This document shows, in pieces, positions 1 through 7,867 of a DNA stretch of 64,000 bases. Both the position numbers and the translations under genes were made by a program. Within the stretch, counting starts at the first letter, position 1. Each line of letters starts with the position of its first letter. Location: NCBI GenBank assembly GCA_040390725.1, contig JAZJXT010000001.1:152586-216585 (forward strand). The letters run 5' to 3'. The notes under the pieces were generated by a model. That model saw only the letters and a list, made by a program, of their open reading frames with translations, had not been told where the DNA came from and ran no database searches. The DNA comes from Patescibacteria group bacterium (GTDB lineage Bacteria; Patescibacteriota; Minisyncoccia; Phycocordibacterales; UBA9973).

Positions 1-103
1 GCCGACCAGTCGCTCACCGGTGCTTCAGCACAATTAGGACTTTTATTAGGTAGCTAAAATATTTGTATTTGTTATAATATATTTAATATATTTCGATAAA
101 ATC

Positions 104-1498
104 ATGTCCCAAAAAATTTCAAAATTTTTAATTCTCACTTTGGCATTTGCGTCATTTATTTTTCTACCGAGTTTTTCTTCAGCTCAAGCAACATCATATT
201 ACTATAATTGGTATTTAGATACTGATACAACAGGTACAAAAGGACCATTTACATCACTAGAGCTTTGTGAGCAGGATGCTAGTGCGGGAGTATCTTCCGG
301 GGCGTATCAATCAACAGATCCTTGTTATACTGCTGCTACGCCATTAGGTTTGAGTTCTGGAAATTTAACTCCAAATTCTGCCGATGTTATAGCCACAGGT
401 CTTATTCCGAATACTGCATATCGTATCAGTATTTATTGGAAAAATAATCCTACAGATCAAGGTTATAGCAGGAAAGATGTGAGTTTTACCGCTAATAATT
501 CAGGCACTGAGACGGCATCTTTTTCTTCTATTCCTCCATCAATATCTTATGATGCTCGTTTATATAAAGTTTCAACGGGGCAGGTATTAAAAACTACAAC
601 TTTTACTACTAAAGCATTGCAAATAAGTGTGACACTTAGAGATTTAACAGCGACATCCAGTGAATTAATAGCCGGCGGGCTTTTCCCATACGGTACTGAT
701 TCGTATCTTTTTACTGTTTTAGTTACTTCTCCCGGTACTGCTTCAAATACTCAAAAACAAACAGTGACTCCCAGCAATAGCAATATAGCTACGGCTACAT
801 TTTCTGATTTGATTCCAGGGGTTTCATACACATTGATTATTTCCCATGGCAATCAAGACGATTTAAAAGAATTTGATTTTACAAAAGCTTTTCATGGTAT
901 TTGTGGTTCTGCCAATGGTCAATCTTTTCAAACAGCACCCACCGGGGATACGAATCTCTGCTCTGTAGGTATTTCTGATTCAATGACTGAAGACATAGCT
1001 TCATGGACATGGACATGTAAAATAAAAGATTCAAATGATTCTTCTACCAGTCAATATTGCTCCGCCACTAAGGCAGGGAATCCACCTCCGCCGACTCCTC
1101 CGACACCTCCATCATCAGGAGGCAAGGGTTTTGTCGGTGCTTTAGTTCCTTGCGGAATAAGTGAAAACAAGCTCAATACCAATGCGGTCACGGGCGCTCA
1201 GACGGGAGGAGGGGTCACACAGCCTTGCGGTTTTTATGATCTCCTAACTCTTGTAAATAACGTTGTAAGATTTATTATTTTTAATTTAGCTTTGCCCATA
1301 GCTGCTATCATGTTTGCTTATGCGGGTTTTCTACTTATCACTGCGGGGGGAGAGTCTGGTCAAATGACAAAAGCAAAAGGTATTTTTTCCGCAGTTGTGA
1401 TGGGCCTTATTTTTGTCGCGGCTGCATGGCTCATAGTGAAGCTCATTTTGGTTGTATTGGGTTACAAATCCGATTGGATAACTTGGTTTGGATTTTGA
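104..1498 (+). CDS. Secreted multidomain protein: signal peptide, FN3-like beta modules, Cys-rich region, Pro-rich linker (PPPPTPPTPP) and a C-terminal VirB2/TrbC-like pilin domain (two TM helices)
   Basis: ORF track 464 aa. N-terminal signal peptide ending SSAQA. The C-terminal about 110 aa have the same Cys-pair, two-TM architecture as the five downstream small paralogs. The stop overlaps the next start. Confidence 0.6.
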   Translation: MSQKISKFLILTLAFASFIFLPSFSSAQATSYYYNWYLDTDTTGTKGPFTSLELCEQDASAGVSSGAYQSTDPCYTAATPLGLSSGNLTPNSADVIATGLIPNTAYRISIYWKNNPTDQGYSRKDVSFTANNSGTETASFSSIPPSISYDARLYKVSTGQVLKTTTFTTKALQISVTLRDLTATSSELIAGGLFPYGTDSYLFTVLVTSPGTASNTQKQTVTPSNSNIATATFSDLIPGVSYTLIISHGNQDDLKEFDFTKAFHGICGSANGQSFQTAPTGDTNLCSVGISDSMTEDIASWTWTCKIKDSNDSSTSQYCSATKAGNPPPPTPPTPPSSGGKGFVGALVPCGISENKLNTNAVTGAQTGGGVTQPCGFYDLLTLVNNVVRFIIFNLALPIAAIMFAYAGFLLITAGGESGQMTKAKGIFSAVVMGLIFVAAAWLIVKLILVVLGYKSDWITWFGF

Positions 1499-1895
1499 AA
1501 TAATGTATAATAAAGATATGAATTTTAAATTAAAAAATTTTATAGGAATGTTCACAGTCGGTATTTTTGCTTTTTTTATTTTAGTTTTGCCGGTTGTTTC
1601 TCTTGCTAATACCGACAATACAGCTCCTGCTACTGTTCAAGTCGTCAATCCTATCAGCGTGAATGATCTAAATGGTTTTCTTAAAGTTATTTTAGAAGGC
1701 GTAGTTAAAATCGGTATGCCTATTATTGCCCTTGCTATTATTTATTGTGGCTTTCTTTTTGTTTCCGCTCAAGGCAACACAGCTGAGCTAGAAACAGCCA
1801 AGAAATCTCTGATGTATACTCTCATAGGAGCAGCATTATTATTAGGCGCTTGGGCTATAGCTCAGCTCATAACAGAGACTATTACAAGCCTTTAA
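1488..1895 (+). CDS. VirB2/TrbC-like T4SS pilin family protein (paralog 1)
   Basis: 135 aa: signal peptide, then two hydrophobic helices separated by a short polar loop (PIIALAIIYCGFLFVSAQGNTAELETAKKSLMYTLIGAALLLGAWAIAQLI). The start is ambiguous (ATG at 1488, 1503 or 1518). Confidence 0.55.
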   Translation: MDFEIMYNKDMNFKLKNFIGMFTVGIFAFFILVLPVVSLANTDNTAPATVQVVNPISVNDLNGFLKVILEGVVKIGMPIIALAIIYCGFLFVSAQGNTAELETAKKSLMYTLIGAALLLGAWAIAQLITETITSL

Positions 1896-1899
1896 AATT

Positions 1900-2265
1900 A
1901 TGAAGAAATTTATTTTATTTTCTTTAATTTCTCTTACTCCTTCATTTGTTTTTGCGCAGGCTTCGAGTCCCGTATGCAGTATCGGTACAAACTTCAAAGA
2001 TCTTGTTAATTATATATCTTGCCTTATAGAAGGGTCGGTGATTCCTTTTATATTCGGTTTAGCTGTCGTTGCATTTGTCTGGGGTGTTGTGAAGTTCCTC
2101 ATGAGTGCTGAGGATGAAACTCAAAAATCCCAAGGCAAACAATTCATGCTTTGGGGCATCATAGCTTTGGCTGTGATGGTGTCCATCTGGGGTTTGGTAA
2201 AATTACTGACCAATACTTTCGGAGTAAAATATGTTATTCCTCAGGTTCAAAATAAATCACAATAA
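1900..2265 (+). CDS. VirB2/TrbC-like T4SS pilin family protein (paralog 2)
   Basis: 121 aa: signal peptide, a Cys pair before TM1 and the conserved core ...FVWGVVKFLMSAEDE..KQFMLWGIIALAVMVSIWGLVKLLTNTF. Confidence 0.6.
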   Translation: MKKFILFSLISLTPSFVFAQASSPVCSIGTNFKDLVNYISCLIEGSVIPFIFGLAVVAFVWGVVKFLMSAEDETQKSQGKQFMLWGIIALAVMVSIWGLVKLLTNTFGVKYVIPQVQNKSQ

Positions 2266-2281
2266 CAATAACAATAACAAT

Positions 2282-2890
2282 ATGAAAAAATTTATAATTT
2301 TATTTTGTATAATAGTTCTGGCATTATCTTTTAAAATGGCTTTTGCTCAGTACAGCTGGAATTGGACTAATTATTCCGGGACTAATCAAAATATGAATGG
2401 ATCTGGCCTCACTACTCAGGGTACAAATACATGGGGAGGTACTACTCCTACGAATCCTTGGGGTTGGGGTTTTGGCTGGGGTAATGTAGCGCCTGTGATG
2501 AAGGTCCAAGGCCAGAAGCAAGTCGTCGGGGATAAACAAATCGTCGGCTCTACCAGTGATGCTATTACAGGTTCCGCTATGCCTTTTTCCTGTGCATTTA
2601 ATAACAATAATCCTACAGCCAAAGATATATTTAATTATGGTACCTGCGTACTAGGGAATTCTATTATTCCTCTTTTATTTTTATTTGCTTCTATTGTTTT
2701 TATGTGGGGTGTCATCCAATACGTTATCGGTGGACAAGAAGAAGCAAAAAAGGATAAAGGAAAGCAGTTTATGTTTTGGGGCATTATTGCCCTTTTTGTG
2801 GCTGTTTCGGTATGGGGATTAGTAGGTATTTTAACCGGTACATTTAATCTGAAAACCACTGCGCCGTCAGTACAGCCGGTTTCCGAGTAG
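2282..2890 (+). CDS. VirB2/TrbC-like T4SS pilin family protein (paralog 3) with a Gly/Trp/Asn-rich N-terminal extension
   Basis: The start is taken at MKKFIILF (ATG 2282) rather than the track start at 2231. The C-terminal core FMWGVIQYVIGGQEEAKKDKGKQFMFWGIIALFVAVSVWGLVGILTGTFNL matches the paralogs. Confidence 0.6.
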   Translation: MKKFIILFCIIVLALSFKMAFAQYSWNWTNYSGTNQNMNGSGLTTQGTNTWGGTTPTNPWGWGFGWGNVAPVMKVQGQKQVVGDKQIVGSTSDAITGSAMPFSCAFNNNNPTAKDIFNYGTCVLGNSIIPLLFLFASIVFMWGVIQYVIGGQEEAKKDKGKQFMFWGIIALFVAVSVWGLVGILTGTFNLKTTAPSVQPVSE

Positions 2891-3010
2891 TCCACAGTAT
2901 TGTTTGCAGGCTGTGAGATGGTTGTGATACAATATACGTGCCTAATATTTTAGGAAATTATTATTAACAGGTCGTTTATTATTATAAATTAAGATTTAAG
3001 AATTTTTATT

Positions 3011-3397
3011 ATGAAAAAGAAATTTATCGTGTTGGGTAGCGTTTTGTCTTTTGCGCCGATGCTTGCTTTCGCGCAGACAGTTTGTACTACAAATGTTGGA
3101 ACTATCGACTGGCTATTGTGTAGAGTGGGAGATTTACTAAACACAGTTGTGCCTGTGCTTATCGCTTTAGGTGTTGTTTACTTCATCTGGGGTGTCGTTA
3201 CTTATGTAGTTGCAGGTGATGAAGAAGCAAAGAAGACAGGACGAGACAGAATGATCTACGGTATCATCGGTCTAGTTGTTATCGTGTCTATCTGGGGATT
3301 GGTTAGTATCTTGAAGAGTACATTCAATCTTTCAAGTTCAAACCCTGGCACTGTGCAAGTTCCTTGTATTCCTATCCCTCCAAACGTAACTTGTTAA
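3011..3397 (+). CDS. VirB2/TrbC-like T4SS pilin family protein (paralog 4)
   Basis: 128 aa: signal peptide, Cys pair and the core YFIWGVVTYVVAGDEEAKKTGRDRMIYGIIGLVVIVSIWGLVSILKSTFNL. Confidence 0.6.
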   Translation: MKKKFIVLGSVLSFAPMLAFAQTVCTTNVGTIDWLLCRVGDLLNTVVPVLIALGVVYFIWGVVTYVVAGDEEAKKTGRDRMIYGIIGLVVIVSIWGLVSILKSTFNLSSSNPGTVQVPCIPIPPNVTC

Positions 3398-3413
3398 TTT
3401 AATTTTTAATTAG

Positions 3414-3770
3414 ATGAATTTATTTTCTGTAAACATAGCTTATGCTGCGACTTCAAGATTTGATACATTTATCAGCAATGTTGATAGCAAAATTATCAAT
3501 CCGCTTATAATTTTATTATTTGTCTTGGCTATCGCTTATTTTTTGTGGGGAGTCTTTCAATTTATCTCCAATCAAGATAATGAAGAAAAAAAGACCGACG
3601 GCAAAAATCATATGATTTATGGAATATTGGGGCTGGTTATCATGATCAGTGTCTGGGCTATTCTTCAGGTTATTTTAAACACCTTGGATATACAAAAGTC
3701 TGGTCAGATAAATCCTGAAGAGGGAACAGTGCACTTAAATGATTACAATCCTCCATCATCTAATAATTAA
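3414..3770 (+). CDS. VirB2/TrbC-like pilin family protein (paralog 5, divergent, no obvious leader)
   Basis: 118 aa with the core AYFLWGVFQFISNQDNEEKKTDGKNHMIYGILGLVIMISVWAILQVILNTL. It is followed by a strong terminator. Confidence 0.5.
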   Translation: MNLFSVNIAYAATSRFDTFISNVDSKIINPLIILLFVLAIAYFLWGVFQFISNQDNEEKKTDGKNHMIYGILGLVIMISVWAILQVILNTLDIQKSGQINPEEGTVHLNDYNPPSSNN

Positions 3771-3840
3771 AAACGCAAAAAAAGAAAAAAATATAGGCGT
3801 ACCGAAAGGTACGCCTATTGCGTTTTTACGCGTTTTTTTA
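3770..3840. terminator. Bidirectional rho-independent terminator between convergent genes
   Basis: Nested inverted repeats aaaacgca.../taggcgtacc-gaaa-ggtacgccta/...tgcgtttt with T-runs on both strands. Confidence 0.6.
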
Positions 3841-4401
3841 TTGCCAGACTTCAAATTCTGTGAAGCCTGATTTTTCCTCCGACCGGAATATATAAGTTCC
3901 GGGCGGGTCATGGCGGTTTAATTTAATGCCTGGCGCATCATGGTAAGTTTCCCCGTCCGGGGTAGTTACCTTGACTTTGCCATACATTACTGTCGACGAC
4001 TCGTAAGTTTTCACAATAACCTTTGTGCCGTCTTTAGTGGCAACATATGAGGTTCTTACTTTTCCTACGGGGACAGTATTTGTACTTCCAGTGTTTCCAG
4101 TACCATCTTTTTTTGGTGCTGGATCAGAATGCCAAAACATAAATTTAAATATCCAGGCCATAATCATAAAGGCCAATGTAATTGGAACCCATTTTGAGAA
4201 CCATGACCCGAAACTAAACTTATGACCGTGACCACTTGCGTGACCACCAGAATGAGCATCACCATGTTCAGATTTGGAAACTGCTTTTTTGACAGCTTTG
4301 CCTGCTCCTGAAAATAGTTTTCTAAGAACAGAACCAAAGAACAACAAGGCAATCAGGGCAAGAATTACCCAGGGGGTGAGATTTATGAATATTAAATTCA
4401 T
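3838..4401 (-). CDS. Hypothetical membrane protein with a His/Gly-rich loop
   Basis: 187 aa: N-terminal TM, a HGDAHSGGHASGHGHK loop and a second TM. It overlaps the upstream gene by 4 nt, so an operon is likely. Confidence 0.45.
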   Translation of the reverse strand: MNLIFINLTPWVILALIALLFFGSVLRKLFSGAGKAVKKAVSKSEHGDAHSGGHASGHGHKFSFGSWFSKWVPITLAFMIMAWIFKFMFWHSDPAPKKDGTGNTGSTNTVPVGKVRTSYVATKDGTKVIVKTYESSTVMYGKVKVTTPDGETYHDAPGIKLNRHDPPGTYIFRSEEKSGFTEFEVWQ

Positions 4402-5786
4402 ATTGCACCTCCCTTGGCTTCTGTGATAGCGCTAGCTATCATCAGTGCGATTTTGTCATAATCGTTTCCTGACCCACTTCGGCTTGTCAGATAGGTGTGT
4501 TTGCTTTTTTCGAATGCTGTTACTTCTGCTTGAAGTTCCATCATTCTTGTGGCATCAACACCAGCGTTTTTGGCTTCTTCTAAGTAAGCCTTTAGTGCAA
4601 GTGCCTTACCTTCACCTTCTTGTGTCAGTCTAACTTTTTCACCTTCAGCAACTTGTATTGCCTTAAGTTTGTCTCCCTTACCAGCAATTTCTTTTTTGTC
4701 AGAGACAAAAACTTCGGCTAAGGCGTCGTTGACAGCATCATGGATACTTTTGGAAGCACCCAGGGCAATAACACGAGAATCCAGACAATCGAGCCCTAAT
4801 TTACCTTTTTCAATGAGAGTTTTAACATCTCTGGTAAGTGCCTTATCAAGTACGTCTTTGGTCTGAAGAAATATCAACATCGCATAAGTGTACTTTTTGA
4901 ATTCTGTATTAATTGTGCTTTTCACCATTAACGCTACTTGGCGCCCAAATTCCTTTTTGCGCTTTTCTGGATTTTCACCTGCAACGTTTTCAACATACAG
5001 TACTAAATTACTTTTTTTTGTAGTGATTACTACTGTTGGCTGTAAAACAATTTGCTTGTGGTTTGGGTCTTTCAAAATCCTCTTCTTGTCTTCTTCAGAA
5101 AAGATAAGATTACCATTTTCATCTTTTTCTTCCCAATTTACTAATTCAGGACTTCCTGTTGTGACATCATTTAAGTGATGGATCATAAGATTTTCCTGTT
5201 CTTCTTTAGAAAAATCTTTGTCTATCTCTGCTTGCTCCACTGCTGTTATCATGTCTACAAGATTAGTATTTGTGTCTTTGCTTATACTCATCAATCCGGG
5301 ACAAATTAAACAGGGATGTCCCGCATTAGTTGTTCCGAGAGCTAAGCCTCGAGCAAAGTAAATTACTGCAATTTCGTCTGGCTCTTGACTGTTCCATGAC
5401 AATTTAATAATGGCAATTGGCCAAATAAAAAGTAAAACAGCCCACAAGTTTAAGCGAAATCCAGGGAATTCAAATGCCATGAAACTTAGATCTATGGTAG
5501 ATTTTCCTATCTCGAATTGTCCGAGATTATGATGAAAAATCCATACCCACATAACAAATAACCAGGGCAGGGCCATTCCAAAAAAGTTCAGGAACCAGAA
5601 AATCTTTATACGATCTTCTCTTCCTTCTATTGGATTAGGATACAAACTCCTCAGAGCCTTACCTATTGTCTTTAGGTTACTTGAAAACCAAGCACTGATT
5701 TTATTTAGTTTGCCGATAAGCCAAAATAGGCTGACCGCTAACCATTTGAGAGCTTTGTCTCCCATCTTTTTCATAAGATTTTTCAT
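4398..5786 (-). CDS. Hypothetical membrane protein with a possible SPFH/band-7-like C-terminal region
   Basis: 462 aa: N-terminal TM helices; the C-terminal half is charged and helical (..EGEGKALALKAYLEEAKNAG..). The domain assignment is tentative. Confidence 0.4.
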   Translation of the reverse strand: MKNLMKKMGDKALKWLAVSLFWLIGKLNKISAWFSSNLKTIGKALRSLYPNPIEGREDRIKIFWFLNFFGMALPWLFVMWVWIFHHNLGQFEIGKSTIDLSFMAFEFPGFRLNLWAVLLFIWPIAIIKLSWNSQEPDEIAVIYFARGLALGTTNAGHPCLICPGLMSISKDTNTNLVDMITAVEQAEIDKDFSKEEQENLMIHHLNDVTTGSPELVNWEEKDENGNLIFSEEDKKRILKDPNHKQIVLQPTVVITTKKSNLVLYVENVAGENPEKRKKEFGRQVALMVKSTINTEFKKYTYAMLIFLQTKDVLDKALTRDVKTLIEKGKLGLDCLDSRVIALGASKSIHDAVNDALAEVFVSDKKEIAGKGDKLKAIQVAEGEKVRLTQEGEGKALALKAYLEEAKNAGVDATRMMELQAEVTAFEKSKHTYLTSRSGSGNDYDKIALMIASAITEAKGGAI

Positions 5787-6021
5787 AACACTATATATTA
5801 AAAATTAAAATTGATTACTCATTAAAGTCTTTTGTTTTTTTACCCCACCACTTCAGGTGCAAATAAAAAATGTTTTATTAAAAGACTTATTCTGAGCAAC
5901 CAATCAAATTTAAATTTTTGTCAAAGGACGGAGTCCAGCAATAGTGTATCACAATCAAACGAAAAAGTCAACCCTTGTGGGGCTGACTTTTTATGTTGAA
6001 ATATAAGGCTAGATTTCGAGA

Positions 6022-6816
6022 TTATTCGTGTTTCATTGGTTCGTTGTGAAAGTCTTTTTCAAAAAAACCTTTTCTGATTATTAACACTAATACTAGGATA
6101 AGAATCGCAAGCAATAACCATTGAAACAAAGTCGAAGGCAAGAATCCGTGCCATGCAAAGAGGGAATTAGCAGCTAGGTTTGATTTGTCTACAGTAGCGC
6201 TGGCAGGGGTTTCTGTTTTTGCTGTGGTTTTTGTCGAAGTGCTTTTTGATACAGTTTGTGTTGGTGCAGGGCTCGGTGCAGGGTTTACATAAGCTACCAC
6301 CGAAGCTGTAGTGACCGTGAAGAATACTCCATTTGAAGTTCCTCCGCTCGGCATCGGGTTAAAAACACTGATCACATATTTACCGGGAGTCATGACGTCA
6401 CTTGCATTTAAGGTGACTGTTAATTTACCAGAGTTGTTATAGCTGGTAGGGCGGTATGAATTATTGAATTCAGCCATTGAGCCGGGGATAAAGTTTGACC
6501 CTGTTAAAACTACAGCCATGTTTCCGCTTATTTCCGTGACTTCATTTGGACTTACGGAATAAAGTATAGGCATAGGGTTTGAAGTGTTTGAGTTGGTATT
6601 ATTGGTATTGTTGTAATTATAAGTACCGTTTTGATTGTAGTTGTAGTTATAAGATCCATCAGTAGCTCCGCTTTCATAAGAGTATGAATCGCTATATGAT
6701 GCATTTACTTTCATGGGCATTGCTACCAAGGCTAGGGCTAGCACTGCTAATACTCCAAAGCTTTTAAATATTAAGTTTTTATTTATTGATGTATTCATAT
6801 ATAGAAAGTATAGCAC
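6022..6816 (-). CDS. Secreted Asn/Tyr-rich protein with an IPT/TIG-like beta domain and a C-terminal TM anchor
   Basis: 264 aa: signal peptide, low-complexity N/Y/T stretch, PILYSVSPNEV..GKLTVTLNASDV..GKYVISVFNP..FFTVTT and a C-terminal hydrophobic anchor. Confidence 0.5.
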   Translation of the reverse strand: MLYFLYMNTSINKNLIFKSFGVLAVLALALVAMPMKVNASYSDSYSYESGATDGSYNYNYNQNGTYNYNNTNNTNSNTSNPMPILYSVSPNEVTEISGNMAVVLTGSNFIPGSMAEFNNSYRPTSYNNSGKLTVTLNASDVMTPGKYVISVFNPMPSGGTSNGVFFTVTTASVVAYVNPAPSPAPTQTVSKSTSTKTTAKTETPASATVDKSNLAANSLFAWHGFLPSTLFQWLLLAILILVLVLIIRKGFFEKDFHNEPMKHE

Positions 6817-6881
6817 CTTTCAATCTAAATGTCAAGCTTTTTTGCTTACATTTTTACCCTTATTTTATAAGGTTTAAATTG

Positions 6882-6963
6882 TGCCCGGAGTGGGGGTCGA
6901 ACCCACATCCCTTGCGAGACACGATTTTAAGTCGTGCGCGTATACCAATTCCGCCATCCGGGC
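6882..6963 (-). tRNA. tRNA-Leu (anticodon UAA), type II with long variable arm; CCA not encoded
   Basis: Cloverleaf read by eye: acceptor GCCCGGA/TCCGGGC, D-arm GCGGAATTGGTATACGC identical to bacterial tRNA-Leu, anticodon loop CTTAAAA. Confidence 0.8.
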
Positions 6964-6977
6964 ATTATTCAGTTTTG

Positions 6978-7049
6978 AGGCCTAGGACGGAATCGAACCG
7001 TCGTATAAAGATTTTGCAGATCTTTGCCTTACCACTTGGCGACTAGGCC
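6978..7049 (-). tRNA. tRNA-Cys (anticodon GCA); CCA not encoded
   Basis: Acceptor GGCCTAG/CTAGGCC, anticodon stem AGAT/ATCT with loop CTGCAAA, T-arm GACGGTTCGATTCCGTC. Confidence 0.8.
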
Positions 7050-7214
7050 TTATTTATTTATTTTACAAATATATCTCCAATTTTAATATCTGCGCAGATC
7101 TTTGACTATTAACCCACTTGGCGACTAGGCCTTATTTATTTATTTTACAAATATATCTCCAATTTTAATATCTGCGCAGATCTTTGACTATTAACCCACT
7201 TGGCTACTAGGCCG
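7014..7214. repeat. Tandem roughly 80-bp direct repeats of the tRNA-Cys 5' half plus its upstream flank (about 2.5 copies)
   Basis: gcagatctttg..cacttggcgactaggccttatttatttattttacaaatatatctccaattttaatatc recurs at about 7016, 7094 and 7177 (last copy partial, ggctactaggccg variant). Confidence 0.8.
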
Positions 7215-7291
7215 TTTGTATAATCTAACATTTTTTTAAAAACTTTCAAAATATAAATAATTATGCTAAATTAAATATGAGTTAAAAACAT

Positions 7292-7367
7292 GCACCCATA
7301 ACTCAGCTGGTAGAGTAGCTCCCTCTTAAGGAGAATGTCGGAGGTTCGATCCCTCCTGGGTGCACCA
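7292..7367 (+). tRNA. tRNA-Lys (anticodon CUU), CCA encoded
   Basis: Acceptor GCACCCA/TGGGTGC, D-arm ACTCAGCTGGTAGAGT, anticodon loop CTCTTAA, T-arm GGAGGTTCGATCCCTCC. Confidence 0.75.
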
Positions 7368-7368
7368 T

Positions 7369-7459
7369 GCTGGAGTGGCGGAATTGGTATACGCGCTAGT
7401 CTTAGGAACTAGTACCGCAAGGTTTGAGGGTTCGAGTCCCTCCTCCAGCACAATTGTAA
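7369..7459 (+). tRNA. tRNA-Leu (anticodon UAG), type II; CCA not encoded
   Basis: Acceptor GCTGGAG/CTCCAGC, Leu-type D-arm GCGGAATTGGTATACGC, anticodon stem CTAGT/ACTAG with loop CTTAGGA, long variable arm. Confidence 0.8.
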
Positions 7460-7461
7460 AA

Positions 7462-7785
7462 TTACTTTTCTCGAAGCAATTCGTCAATTTTTTGACGATT
7501 CTTTTCACCGCGGTCTATTTGGATGTCGATGAAGGGTATTGTTTTTACTTCCATATTTTTTTTCAAGAAATCTCGCAGGTCCGCTCTTTTTCTTTTTGCA
7601 AAGTCGAGTGCATCATGCTCTTTTGACTCAGGAAGTACTGTTATAAATATCGTTGCCTTTTTTAAATCAGGGGAACATGTCGCGGATGTCACAGTCACAA
7701 GGGAAGTCCTGTTATTTTCCCGCCCTAAAAACTCAGCGGAAAGCTTTTTTATAAATTGCGCAATTTTTTCATTTCTTTGTATCAT
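7462..7785 (-). CDS. rbfA: Ribosome-binding factor A
   Basis: 107 aa. TSLVTVTSATCSPDLKKATIFITVL...DLRDFLKK.MEVKTIPFIDIQID matches the RbfA KH-like pattern, and it sits immediately downstream of infB. Confidence 0.75.
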   Translation of the reverse strand: MIQRNEKIAQFIKKLSAEFLGRENNRTSLVTVTSATCSPDLKKATIFITVLPESKEHDALDFAKRKRADLRDFLKKNMEVKTIPFIDIQIDRGEKNRQKIDELLREK

Positions 7786-7867
7786 GTGTGTAGTGAATTG
7801 TGAAGATTTTCGCCTGCGGGCACTGGCCCCGTTTTGTCCGCCAGAAAATTTTCACAATTCATGAAAC

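Noticed and set aside
2231-2281. Poly-Asn (NNNNNNN) N-terminus of track ORF 2231-2890
   Set aside because: It arises from reading the (AATAAC)n intergenic repeat in frame; the true start with a signal peptide is ATG 2282.
2324-2895. Minus-strand ORFs overlapping pilin paralog 3
   Set aside because: Shadow ORFs antisense to a gene with family support.
7326-7864. Track ORFs 7326-7508(-), 7360-7626(+) and 7523-7864(+)
   Set aside because: They overlap the tRNA-Lys/tRNA-Leu genes or lie antisense to rbfA; low-complexity translations; spurious.
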